The notes below the pieces were generated by a model. It saw only the letters and a list, made by a program, of their open reading frames with translations, was not told where the DNA came from and searched no databases. A program made the translations under genes and the position numbers. Positions 17,138 to 26,157 of a stretch of DNA of 64,000 bases are shown piece by piece. Where the stretch lies: IMG/VR virus record IMGVR_UViG_3300020195_000009, positions 1 through 64,000 of that record. One strand, written 5' to 3'. Position 1 is the stretch's first letter; every line of letters starts with the position of its first letter.

Positions 17138-17364
17138 TTGAGCAGTGGTGGGAGATTCTCCGTCAAAGTCGTCGGAGATACAGGGTCCAAACCGTCAAGT
17201 TGATGAACTTCAAGGATTTTGACCCCCTCGGCCTCCAGCTTGACTCGGAACGCATCGAGGTCGTCCACCCTAGCGTTGAAAATGTCGAGCCCCGACCCGA
17301 TGATCAAGAGGTGCTCAGGCAGCGGGACGTCACGCTCTGAGCGGACAACAAACGAGTAGTACAT
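17134..17364 (-). CDS. Hypothetical protein
   Basis: ORF track; ATGA overlap with the downstream gene. Confidence 0.55.
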   Translation of the reverse strand: MYYSFVVRSERDVPLPEHLLIIGSGLDIFNARVDDLDAFRVKLEAEGVKILEVHQLDGLDPVSPTTLTENLPPLLK

Positions 17365-17389
17365 TCACCTTGACCATTGAATCAAAGGC

Positions 17390-18565
17390 TTAGATGACTT
17401 CGACGCTAGTACCCGTGACAGGAGCCTCAGCCACCTCGACCGCGTAGATTTTGCTCCAATCGACCCAAAGGTCGGCGCCAATCTCCGTCTCGATAGCCCA
17501 CCTATCGTGGATTTCTTGGGTCCGGCACCAAAAGCCCCCCTCATCCACATCAAGGTACCCGGCAGGTTCGGACAGATAGATCCCGATCTCCAGCTCTACG
17601 GACACGGGGAGAACCCGAGCCCTTCCCTGGAGGAGTTTGGCCACATTGGGAGTGGCAATCCAAAACCCACTCGTTCTACCTTCGATGACCTCTGGGAAGG
17701 GGGTCGCTGGCTTGGTTCTCCCCCCTTGGATAGCCGCCGAGGCCAACTGTCGAGCAAGGTCTCTCACCCAACCCGTTGCCGTAGCTCCAAGAATGGCCCG
17801 TCGAACGTCGAACCTAAGGTTCCGGGCAGTCGGGTCTTGGATGGGGTACTTCGAGGTCCCAAAGCCCTTGAGGCCTCGTATGCGGTCCAACCCACCTCCA
17901 GAGGGCTTACCTAGCGGGAAGAAGTCCTGGAAGGCTCTGGCCATCCCTGTTGAGGAAGCGAGAAGGGTCGGAAGAGCGCTTTGAACTTGGGAAGTAAGCA
18001 TCCGTCGTCCTGCTCTGGACGTGAACAGGAGCCGGCTGTCCCCATCGTCTCGGAGCAGGGCCGTTTGCGGTATCCGCTCCAGGAGGCGCTCTAAGACATC
18101 CCGCTCCCGCCCTTGGTCGAAGGCCCATTGGACGATGAAACCCTCTACCTCGGGCTTTAGGCGCTTCGCAGGGAGCACCATGTTGCCACTCTCCCTTGGG
18201 ACGGGAGCCGGCTGGTAGAGGTCGTCGTCCGTGATGCGAGCTAAAGCCCGGCCGGTCTCAGCAGACACGAGAAGGATTGAGTCCCCGATCTGCGTGTATT
18301 CATCTGCGAGGTACCCGGCTTCTTCTTGAACGTCATCGTGTGGGAAGGACTTTTTTAACTCCTGGATCAGACGCTCTTTGAGCCAGTCTGCCGGTCGCCC
18401 TTCCGTTCGAGCCTGCTTGAAAAGGTCAGATATTTCAGGGGTCTGTTGAACCACGACACGAGCAAGTCGAAGAAGCCCAGGGCTTGGGTTCGTGTGCGAG
18501 AGGACCTTCACGTCCACTCGTGACAAACCTACCTCAGGGGCAGGCTTCGTAAGCTCGTCGATCAT
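17390..18565 (-). CDS. Hypothetical protein (391 aa)
   Basis: Long ORF with an ATGA overlap; no family recognised. Confidence 0.7.
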   Translation of the reverse strand: MIDELTKPAPEVGLSRVDVKVLSHTNPSPGLLRLARVVVQQTPEISDLFKQARTEGRPADWLKERLIQELKKSFPHDDVQEEAGYLADEYTQIGDSILLVSAETGRALARITDDDLYQPAPVPRESGNMVLPAKRLKPEVEGFIVQWAFDQGRERDVLERLLERIPQTALLRDDGDSRLLFTSRAGRRMLTSQVQSALPTLLASSTGMARAFQDFFPLGKPSGGGLDRIRGLKGFGTSKYPIQDPTARNLRFDVRRAILGATATGWVRDLARQLASAAIQGGRTKPATPFPEVIEGRTSGFWIATPNVAKLLQGRARVLPVSVELEIGIYLSEPAGYLDVDEGGFWCRTQEIHDRWAIETEIGADLWVDWSKIYAVEVAEAPVTGTSVEVI

Positions 18566-18816
18566 AGCTTGGGGTAATGCCGGATGTAGCGACTACACGC
18601 AAGACAGTGCATGACCTGATCCCCGCGTTTGATGAGACCCCTGTTCCGGGTATCTACGTCTTGAGGAAGCGTTGCGATTTGGACGCTGGCATCTGGATGG
18701 GGGCAAGCCAGTTGGGACTCTTCCACAAGGTCAGCAAGGCGAGCCTCATCCTCGACTCGCCCTGCTTTTCGAGCGGTCTCATGATCCCGAATGAGCTGCC
18801 AGTTTCGAGTTCCCAC
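18562..18816 (-). CDS. Small Cys/His protein
   Basis: ACPH...HCLAC. Confidence 0.55.
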   Translation of the reverse strand: MGTRNWQLIRDHETARKAGRVEDEARLADLVEESQLACPHPDASVQIATLPQDVDTRNRGLIKRGDQVMHCLACSRYIRHYPKL

Positions 18817-18856
18817 GGTTCAACCTTTGCGGAATCCAAGGTCAGGCGTCGCACGA

Positions 18857-20437
18857 TCAGGTACTTGAACCCCCACCTCTGATCATCTTGAACTGCTCGC
18901 TCCTGTGATTAGAGGCCAAACGAGCACGAATTCCGTCGTCTACGGTTTCGTCGTAACCGACCCACTCCAGGATCTCTTTGATCTCGTCCGTCATCGTCTT
19001 GATGATGCGAGGGCGACGGGACAGCTCGGTACCCAGAATCTCTTCATCGAGACCAGGCTTTCCTTGCGTGAACGACTCAACCATCGCCTCTTGGATCGAT
19101 TGCTCGATCTCACGACCAACGAGGTTTTTCCCCTTGTCTGCGAGGTCTGCGAGGTTGAAGCTGGACATGTCTTGCCCGGACTTTTTGGCGTGGATCTTCA
19201 GGATGTCGATCCGGTCTTCTTCGTTGGGAAGATCAAAGAAAAACCGTTGGGGCATCCGGTTGACCATCTCGACCGGGAGGGTCTTGAGACTGTTGGCCGT
19301 CATGGCAATGCACACAGGAGTCTTGGACTCCTGAGCCCACGTGGACAGGATGCCGAGAAGACGAGACGTGGTACCAGCATCCGACTGAGCCGACGACTGG
19401 CCACCCGCGAGAGACTTCTCCGCCTCATCGATCCACATGACGCAGGGGGAGACGGACTCCACGATGCGGAGGGCTCGGTAGAGGTTACCTTCCGAGTCTC
19501 CAACGCCCGAAGACCGGAGCTTTCCCATCTCGAATTGAACGAGGGGGAGGTCCCATTCCCGAGCCATGGCTTTGGCGCAGACACTCTTGCCGCACCCGTA
19601 GACGCCGACGAGGAGAACACCCCGAGGCGGCTTGAGGCCGAACTTTTGCCCCTTGTCGGACCAACACGCCTTGGACTTCTTAGCCCAAGCCTTGAATCGC
19701 TGGGCTCCGCCGATCGTGTCGAAGGTCTCTTCCGTCGTATCGACGAACGACACAAGGTCCGTTTTTTTGAGCTGGTTTCGCTTGTACTCCGCCACGAACT
19801 TGGGATCGACTCGACGGGGCTCAACAGGGTCCTTCTTGGTCCTCACGACCGACTGAGTGATCGCCTGCTCAACTTCGTACGAGGTCATCCCCTTGAAGAT
19901 GTTGGCGGAATCCTTCGGTACTGGCGACCGGAGTTGCTTGCAGAACGTCTCCACGAGCGAGTTGATTTCCTCGCCCGTCATCCCGGTGTCCTGAACGACC
20001 TCGATGTACCGCTGGAGCTTTTCCGGAATCACCTTCCGGGGACCCGCGAAGATCAAGCACTTGACGATGCGAAGGTCCTGATGGAGCTGGTGGATGATGT
20101 TGAGAACCCGGCGAACGACTTGCTCATCCTTGAGGAACCGATCCGGGTCCGTGATGATGTAGAAGTTCTCGTTGTCCTTCGGGTCATCCTGGTAAATCTT
20201 GATCAGGGCATCGTTGATGGTCGCCGCATCCGGCGAAACCGTATGCGAACGGCTAGACCAATCACGGATGATGTTCCCGATCGGCTGGAGCCCAAGGGCT
20301 CCGTTGTAAACCCAGGTCCGGTTCTCGTGCTTCTTCATTTGCTCGTGAAAGCGAACGATGAAGCGGTCTTCTTCGTCGGTCACGAAGTAGAGGGCGCGAG
20401 TTAGAGACCGAAGGTGGTGGATCAGTTCGGGGGTCAT
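18857..20437 (-). CDS. Ycf46-like AAA+ ATPase
   Basis: N-terminal inactive AAA-like domain (LYFVTDEEDR); PPRGVLLVGVYGCGKSVCAKA, MWIDEAEK, TANS, RFFFDLPNEEDR. Confidence 0.9.
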   Translation of the reverse strand: MTPELIHHLRSLTRALYFVTDEEDRFIVRFHEQMKKHENRTWVYNGALGLQPIGNIIRDWSSRSHTVSPDAATINDALIKIYQDDPKDNENFYIITDPDRFLKDEQVVRRVLNIIHQLHQDLRIVKCLIFAGPRKVIPEKLQRYIEVVQDTGMTGEEINSLVETFCKQLRSPVPKDSANIFKGMTSYEVEQAITQSVVRTKKDPVEPRRVDPKFVAEYKRNQLKKTDLVSFVDTTEETFDTIGGAQRFKAWAKKSKACWSDKGQKFGLKPPRGVLLVGVYGCGKSVCAKAMAREWDLPLVQFEMGKLRSSGVGDSEGNLYRALRIVESVSPCVMWIDEAEKSLAGGQSSAQSDAGTTSRLLGILSTWAQESKTPVCIAMTANSLKTLPVEMVNRMPQRFFFDLPNEEDRIDILKIHAKKSGQDMSSFNLADLADKGKNLVGREIEQSIQEAMVESFTQGKPGLDEEILGTELSRRPRIIKTMTDEIKEILEWVGYDETVDDGIRARLASNHRSEQFKMIRGGGSST

Positions 20438-20460
20438 TTTCAAAGGCTCCGTGATTAATG

Positions 20461-20467
20461 TACACCG
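20461..20467 (-). promoter_or_regulatory. CGGTGTA motif upstream of the AAA ATPase gene
   Basis: Lies just after the 16-bp hairpin; reads CGGTGTACATT. Confidence 0.6.
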
Positions 20468-20477
20468 ACGAAAGCGA

Positions 20478-20514
20478 AGAGCCGCACCTTTCTAACTCAG
20501 AAAGGTGCGGCTCT
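20478..20514 (-). terminator. 16-bp perfect hairpin between DUF1257 and the AAA gene
   Basis: AGAGCCGCACCTTTCT-AACTC-AGAAAGGTGCGGCTCT, followed on the minus strand by TCGCTTTC (weak U tract). Confidence 0.6.
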
Positions 20515-20533
20515 CACGCTAACCCTTCGGTGT

Positions 20534-20866
20534 TCACGCCATCCGGCAGAACTGGGTCACGTCCCCGTTCTTCTCGATGATGCGTTCCCCGAGGATGTGA
20601 CCCTCTTTGAAGGCCACGGCCCGGAACTTGGCCTCAGCATAGTCCTGACGGAGCAAGCCGAGCTTGCCCTGGTCGGCTCGGTAGTAGTCGACATCCCCGC
20701 TCCTGATCACCCCCGTCTTGAGGTTGATCTCGGCGCCGTTGAAGTCGCCGGAGAGCATGTGGATCGTGTCCCCCTGCTCTCGGAACTCGATGTTCTTGCC
20801 CTTGAGGGCCGTGATGAGGTGCTCGCGCTCCTTCATGTCCGACTGAACCGTAACTCGATGCGACAT
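20534..20866 (-). CDS. DUF1257 (Ycf35-like) protein
   Basis: MSHRVTVQSDMKEREHLITALK...LRQDYAEAK...KEGH, in the usual position beside a Ycf46-like AAA gene. Confidence 0.7.
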   Translation of the reverse strand: MSHRVTVQSDMKEREHLITALKGKNIEFREQGDTIHMLSGDFNGAEINLKTGVIRSGDVDYYRADQGKLGLLRQDYAEAKFRAVAFKEGHILGERIIEKNGDVTQFCRMA

Positions 20867-20894
20867 GTTCTCTTCCTTTCCTTGAACTTGTGAG

Positions 20895-20920
20895 GGGTGA
20901 TAGGGTTTACCCTATCACCC
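20895..20920. other. 11-bp perfect inverted repeat overlapping the DUF2997 stop
   Basis: GGGTGATAGGG-TTTA-CCCTATCACCC; no U tract follows on the minus strand. Confidence 0.6.
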
Positions 20921-21100
20921 GCTGTTGACTTCGTGAACCGTCGGGCAGTTGCCGTCGGGGAGGTGCTCGTCCGAGACCAGCGTACCCATCTGCTGGGTCA
21001 CCTTGCTGATTTCGTTGCAGTCGTGATCCCGACGGTTGATGACCTCGTGGACCACCTTTCCGTCTGGCTTGAAGGTGACCTTGTATTCCATCGATTCCAT
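20915..21100 (-). CDS. DUF2997 protein
   Basis: YKVTFKPDGKVVHEV...DC...TQQMGTLVSDE; synteny with DUF1257 and the AAA gene. Confidence 0.7.
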   Translation of the reverse strand: MESMEYKVTFKPDGKVVHEVINRRDHDCNEISKVTQQMGTLVSDEHLPDGNCPTVHEVNSG

Positions 21101-21140
21101 CAGAAATGCTCCTTATGGTCCCCCGAAGTCCAGGGCTCCC

Positions 21141-21776
21141 TTACTCTACACCGTTTCCCCCGAAACGAACAGTAGCTCCTCGTTTGACGACGACAACCCC
21201 TTCTTCGGGAGCTTCGGCGCCTTTCGGGCCAGCCCATGGGTCTTTGGGTGGCGTCGGAGAAGATCCTGACAACATTCTACCACTTTGGCTCGGAGTGTTC
21301 AGAGCTAGAAGTTGAGGCGTTAGCCTCACTGGCTCCTTTTTTTGTGGATCCTCGGTTGAAACATGAGCCTGAGGTTGGGGTTTTGGGGGACTCTCCGGTA
21401 CCATTTCGATCGGAGGTGGGGCTTCTTCCACCGGGAGACTCATGATCGGAATGGGAACCGAGACCGCAGGCTCCACGAGGTCTCGTGGGTCCATCCACGC
21501 AGATTGCCCTCTTACCGTAGGCAGGGGCCCAGGGTCAAACATCTTGAATTGTTTGCCTTGGATCTGCGAAAACCTTGGGTCAGAGGGATCCATTCGAGGG
21601 ACTTCCGAAAAGAGCCGCTTCTCCCAGGTCATCACCCGCTGGTCGAACTTGCTGGTACCATGCTGAGACCGGGTACATTCGGGTTGAACGCACCGATCAC
21701 AAAACTGCAACTTGAAGTCCTCGTAAGGGACCTGTTGATTGTTGCACTCCCCGAGCTGGTCCAGACGCCTGACCAT
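21141..21776 (-). CDS. Hypothetical protein with N-terminal Cys cluster and Pro-rich C-terminus
   Basis: C...FCDRCVQPEC; Pro-rich tail. Confidence 0.65.
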   Translation of the reverse strand: MVRRLDQLGECNNQQVPYEDFKLQFCDRCVQPECTRSQHGTSKFDQRVMTWEKRLFSEVPRMDPSDPRFSQIQGKQFKMFDPGPLPTVRGQSAWMDPRDLVEPAVSVPIPIMSLPVEEAPPPIEMVPESPPKPQPQAHVSTEDPQKKEPVRLTPQLLALNTPSQSGRMLSGSSPTPPKDPWAGPKGAEAPEEGVVVVKRGATVRFGGNGVE

Positions 21777-21801
21777 CTATCTTACCGATCTCATAAAGAA
21801 A

Positions 21802-24800
21802 CTAGAGCCCATGGTCACGCAACCTACGGGCAAATTCTTCGGGATTGATACGAATCCCCAGGTTAGGGTCGATGAGGGTCTCGTTCGTCTGCCCACATAC
21901 AAGGTGAAGAATTTTGCAGCTCCCCACATCCAAAAGGTTGATGCAGACCCCTGCAACCTGTCGAATAGAGAGGAGGGTGGTGACAGGAAGCTGGTAGGTG
22001 AAGACCTCTAGTTTCCCGTTACCGTTCGTTTTCCCATTCACTTGAGGGGTTGGTGGGGCTGGAGTCGCTTGCACGGGAGCCGCAACCGCTGGGGTTGTAG
22101 GTAGAACCGGAGCCGGAGTCTCCGGTCCCTTTGGAGTGATTGAGGTTGAGACGGGGGCAGCTACGGGCACCGGAGGAAGAGGAGCTACGGCTTGAGACTC
22201 CTCGCCTTCAAGTTGGGGCATGTAGTCAGGGCGTAGGTGACCTTCGAGCCACTCAGGTACCTTCTGGTAAACCTTGTCCCCAATGCGAACCTCGGTGGCC
22301 TTGAGGGGCTTCTCACCCTCTTTCGGGGGCCGAAGCTCCCCCTTCATGATTTTCTTGTAGTCGTACTTGGCGTCCCATGTCGTGTCGATGAGGGCTTCTA
22401 CTTCCAGCTCAACCTCCCAACGAATCAACCGACCGGGGAGCGTCATCAACCTGTCGATGACAGGCATCGCCTTTTGAAGGATGTGGTGCTTGACCTCGAA
22501 CACGATTTCGTCGTGAACCGTCATGAGCATCCGAATGAGATCCTGTTGCATCCACCCAAGGCGGTAGAACTCCTTGTGTAGGAGAACTAGCGCCATTTTC
22601 ATGATGTCGGCGCCGGCCCCTTGAATCGGGTAGTTGATTGACCAACGCTCGGCTGCTCCAACGAGGGGCTTGTCCTCGCTGTCGATCTCTGGGATGTAAA
22701 TCCACCGACCGAAGGGGGTCTTGATGCCCTTTTTGGCGTGAACGTAAGCCTTTTGCTCTTTCACCCACTTGGTGAAGATGGGCATGGCTTTGTCGAAGTT
22801 GGCCTTCCTTCGAGCCCCTTCCTGCTGGCTGCACCCGGTTGCACGCATAATCGCCTGTGCTCCACCTCCGTACACGAGGGAGAAGTTGGCGATCTTGCCT
22901 TGCTGACGCTCTTGCTTGGTGATTTCAGCCTTGTTGAAGAAGGCTCGGGCCGTGATGCTGTGGAGGTCTCCGGTACCTTCCTTGAACTCCTTGATCCAAA
23001 CCGGCTCTTTTGAGAGGTTGGTGACGATGCGTAGCTCTTCGCCAGCAAAGTCCACCTTGACCATCGTGAAGCCTTCCCGAGCTTTGAAGGCTTGTCGGAG
23101 AGCGGTCGCTACCTTGGGCTTCTTCTCGTCGTATGTCCCAGGGATCCCGTGAGGAGGGAACCCGCAGAAGCCATGCTCAGGCTTACCGCCTGGCGCTGAG
23201 ATACGACCTGTAGCAGCTCCGTGCTGCTTGAACTGGAGCCTAGCTTCATTGTTCGAGTCGCAGTTCGCGACCATAGATTCAAGGTAGGTTCCGATGACCT
23301 TCTCGACCTGTCGGTACTTGACGATGACGAGGAGAACCGAGTTGACCTTGGCATCCCCCTCAACGAGCTTCTCCAGAGTGTCTGCGTCGGTCTTGAACCA
23401 TCCGGACTTCTCGTTTCGCTCCGGCTTGGGGGTGATGTTGAGACCGTTCGGGCTGTCGAAGAGGAACTCCGAAAGCTGCTGTGGGGACTGAGGGTCGAAC
23501 CCATGAAAGCCGTGCTGGTCGGCAAGAGCTACGATTTGCTCCCGATACCCATCCGCTTCCTTTCGGGCGGTCTCAAAGAGAGACTTAACGTAGGGAATGT
23601 CGAGGTAGACTCGGTTCCGTTCCATGCCTCGAAGGGCCTGAGCCGTCTGTTTCTCCAGACGGTAGGTGCTGGCGTAGAGCGGATCCCGAGCAAGAAGAAT
23701 AAGGGCTGGGTTGTCGCAGTGAAGGTACGTGCAGATGGCGTCCGAACAGGCGTAGCGAAGACCCTCTTCTGGGTGAAGGCTTGCGAACTGAATCTCCCGC
23801 CTTGCCCCACGTGAGGTGACAAACAGCTCTTTTAGCTCGATCATCTCGTAGGGGATCGACATACCCCGTTCATCTTTGATCGGCCCGTTGGGGCCTTGAA
23901 CGAACAACGTCTTCTCAGATTTGGTCTTGAGGCTCAGGTTCTTGTCGTTCGTGTACTTGCAATAGTAGAGAAGAAGCCCGTCCTCATGGGATTCTGGGTG
24001 CCAGAAGTCGATCCCTGTCACCGGATAGAGCATCTCCTGGTCGAACTTGGCGTTCCAGAAGAACAGTTTGACCTTGCCCTGCTCTTTGATGAGTGGGCTT
24101 CCAAGCGGGTCGTTCTTGAACCCCTCCTCCGTGAGAACAGGTTGCGCTGCCCTGCAAAGGCGCTGAATGGCCCTACCCGCACCCACGATGTCAACGTTGA
24201 CGGACTCTTCCGCTACGTGACGAACCGGGCAGTAGTACCCGGTTTTACCATCGGGGCTGAGGCAGTAGCCGACGATCTTGTGAACCGTTTGAGGGATCCG
24301 CTCAGGTCGAGCTGTACCCTCATCCCAATACTCCTCGAACACCTCACGGATGTCTTCGGGACGACGCCAGTAAACCCTGGTGTCGAGGCCCTGAGTTTCA
24401 AGATCGAGAGCGCACTTGCCGGATTTGAGAGCCGCATCCACGACTTCGTTGAGTTGCTCGACGCTCTTGATGAGGATGAACTCGTGGTACTTCATCCACG
24501 GCTTGATGATGTCTGGGACCTCGCGTTGCTGACGAAGCCCCATGTCGGCCATGTAGCTAGCCGCATCGGCACCCTCATCGCCTCCAGCCCCCCCGCCAAA
24601 CATGTCGTCATCTGAACTCTCTACGCTTGGAGCCGGAGAGAGTTGAATTGGGGCTTCATCATCAGACGGGTCCGGGGGCTCTTCCAAGACAACGGGAGCC
24701 AACCCCACCACGAGGTCGAGTGGTGAGTCTTCCTCCTCGGGTACCTCCTCGGAGGCCTCGAAGCGCTTGAGGATCTCTTCGATGGGTGTGGGGGTGATCT

Positions 24801-24873
24801 CTTCCTCTCCCGCCCAATCAGCGAGGCCCAGCACTTCCCCCAAGGGCTCGAAATCGCTATTGTTCGGCATCAA
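21802..24873 (-). CDS. polA: Family A DNA polymerase with a 3'-5' exonuclease domain and no 5'-3' exonuclease
   Basis: ExoI LDLETQG, ExoII NAKFD, ExoIII YACSDA; ATGRIS, motif A VDFAGEELRI, motif B RQQGKIANFSLVYGGG, NYPIQGAGAD, motif C VHDEIVFE. Confidence 0.95.
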   Translation of the reverse strand: MMPNNSDFEPLGEVLGLADWAGEEEITPTPIEEILKRFEASEEVPEEEDSPLDLVVGLAPVVLEEPPDPSDDEAPIQLSPAPSVESSDDDMFGGGAGGDEGADAASYMADMGLRQQREVPDIIKPWMKYHEFILIKSVEQLNEVVDAALKSGKCALDLETQGLDTRVYWRRPEDIREVFEEYWDEGTARPERIPQTVHKIVGYCLSPDGKTGYYCPVRHVAEESVNVDIVGAGRAIQRLCRAAQPVLTEEGFKNDPLGSPLIKEQGKVKLFFWNAKFDQEMLYPVTGIDFWHPESHEDGLLLYYCKYTNDKNLSLKTKSEKTLFVQGPNGPIKDERGMSIPYEMIELKELFVTSRGARREIQFASLHPEEGLRYACSDAICTYLHCDNPALILLARDPLYASTYRLEKQTAQALRGMERNRVYLDIPYVKSLFETARKEADGYREQIVALADQHGFHGFDPQSPQQLSEFLFDSPNGLNITPKPERNEKSGWFKTDADTLEKLVEGDAKVNSVLLVIVKYRQVEKVIGTYLESMVANCDSNNEARLQFKQHGAATGRISAPGGKPEHGFCGFPPHGIPGTYDEKKPKVATALRQAFKAREGFTMVKVDFAGEELRIVTNLSKEPVWIKEFKEGTGDLHSITARAFFNKAEITKQERQQGKIANFSLVYGGGAQAIMRATGCSQQEGARRKANFDKAMPIFTKWVKEQKAYVHAKKGIKTPFGRWIYIPEIDSEDKPLVGAAERWSINYPIQGAGADIMKMALVLLHKEFYRLGWMQQDLIRMLMTVHDEIVFEVKHHILQKAMPVIDRLMTLPGRLIRWEVELEVEALIDTTWDAKYDYKKIMKGELRPPKEGEKPLKATEVRIGDKVYQKVPEWLEGHLRPDYMPQLEGEESQAVAPLPPVPVAAPVSTSITPKGPETPAPVLPTTPAVAAPVQATPAPPTPQVNGKTNGNGKLEVFTYQLPVTTLLSIRQVAGVCINLLDVGSCKILHLVCGQTNETLIDPNLGIRINPEEFARRLRDHGL

Positions 24874-25291
24874 TCACCACAACTGTATACACCCCCTGCC
24901 GCCAGAACTGGACCAGCTCCGCAACCAAACGTCGAGCATTTGGGTCTTCGATGCCAGAGGGCTCAAAGCACCATGGCATCTTAGTGGCCGTTGGGACGCA
25001 CTCCTTAGGTCGATAGAAAGGGCAGGGATCTCGTCTCTCACACACACGATTGTCAACAGGCAACTTTCGCAGAGCCCCATCGGGGGGGATCCCAAGAGCC
25101 TTCACAAGGGGTGAAGTCCACCCCGCCAGAGCATGATCCATGACCGCTTTCTGGACCTTTGTAAGCAAGCTCATTGCGGGGACCTCTTGGGCCGGAGCCC
25201 ACGTGTCTTCCCACCGATCCCCGTACTGGTAGATGAGGTACAACTCCAAGTCCCCCAGCTCAGAGGTCTTGATTTTTAGGCGTCTAGGCAC
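24857..25291 (-). CDS. Hypothetical Cys-containing protein
   Basis: CERRDPCPFY...C...WC. Confidence 0.65.
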   Translation of the reverse strand: MPRRLKIKTSELGDLELYLIYQYGDRWEDTWAPAQEVPAMSLLTKVQKAVMDHALAGWTSPLVKALGIPPDGALRKLPVDNRVCERRDPCPFYRPKECVPTATKMPWCFEPSGIEDPNARRLVAELVQFWRQGVYTVVVIDAEQ

Positions 25292-25937
25292 CTCGGATCT
25301 TCTCGCCGATCTTGTCCAAGAGGAGCTGTGTTCGTTTGCGGGCCTCTCCTGTTGCGATCAGCCTATTTTGAACATCATGGTGAAGGTGGTCGAGAAGTTT
25401 GCCGACGACAAGAAATCCCTTCATCTCGAAGTGGGGCTTCGCTTGCCTCAGTCGGCTCTCACACACGGCAAGTAGATCGAGAAGATCGTGTTCCTCCTCC
25501 GTGGGCCCACTCTTCTTGGACTTCCAGTCCGGAGCCGGCCCCTCGGGGGTGATGATGCCGTACGCTTTCTCCAACCCGAGAAGAACTTGGGTGAACTTGG
25601 CGTCCGTCTCCCCCGTGTACTTCTTCCAAAGAGCGAAGATGTCCCATCTCTCTTGGCATACGAAACACCAGACGTGGGACGGGGATCTTGCGCTTTCTGG
25701 GTACACCCTAGCGGAAGGATCCGCGTCCTTACCATGAAAAGGACAGGAGACCTGCTCTTCGTTGGAAGACCCCGAATACCGTAGCGTGGCTCCAAACCGT
25801 CGAAGCAAATCGTGAGCTGATACACTTACCTTGAGGGTTTCGGCCCGTTGCTTGACCCACTCACGGTAGGCGTCGTTGCGTTCGGCATCCCGCAGGGCCT
25901 CCTTGTAGTTGTCTCCAAATCCGTCATCGCGAGCCAT
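25284..25937 (-). CDS. Primase-type CHC2 zinc-finger protein without a TOPRIM domain
   Basis: VSCPFHGKDADPSARVY...HVWCFVC...DIF; 217 aa with a helical C-terminus. Confidence 0.8.
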   Translation of the reverse strand: MARDDGFGDNYKEALRDAERNDAYREWVKQRAETLKVSVSAHDLLRRFGATLRYSGSSNEEQVSCPFHGKDADPSARVYPESARSPSHVWCFVCQERWDIFALWKKYTGETDAKFTQVLLGLEKAYGIITPEGPAPDWKSKKSGPTEEEHDLLDLLAVCESRLRQAKPHFEMKGFLVVGKLLDHLHHDVQNRLIATGEARKRTQLLLDKIGEKIRGA

Positions 25938-26155
25938 TACAGTTCATCCCAATCGTCTGGGAGTTCAGAGGGTACCCCAGCGATGATCTGGCTTCGGATG
26001 ATCATGCACTCACACGATGTGTAAAGAGTCGAAGCGTAGAACGTGCTGGCATATGGGTTTTGAAAGACTGAAACGAGGTCGCCCTGCTTGTGGACAACCC
26101 GCACCCCAGTCCCACCGCACGCAAAACACCCCGTTGAAAATGTCGTGGAGGACAT
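25937..26155 (-). CDS. Small Cys protein
   Basis: CFACGGTG...CEC; GGTGTA motif just upstream. Confidence 0.5.
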   Translation of the reverse strand: MSSTTFSTGCFACGGTGVRVVHKQGDLVSVFQNPYASTFYASTLYTSCECMIIRSQIIAGVPSELPDDWDEL

Positions 26156-26157
26156 GC

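Noticed and set aside
17390-18565. Capsid or encapsulin-like identity for the 391-aa ORF
   Set aside because: Only a vague beta-rich C-terminus; no diagnostic motif, and it lies in a non-structural context.
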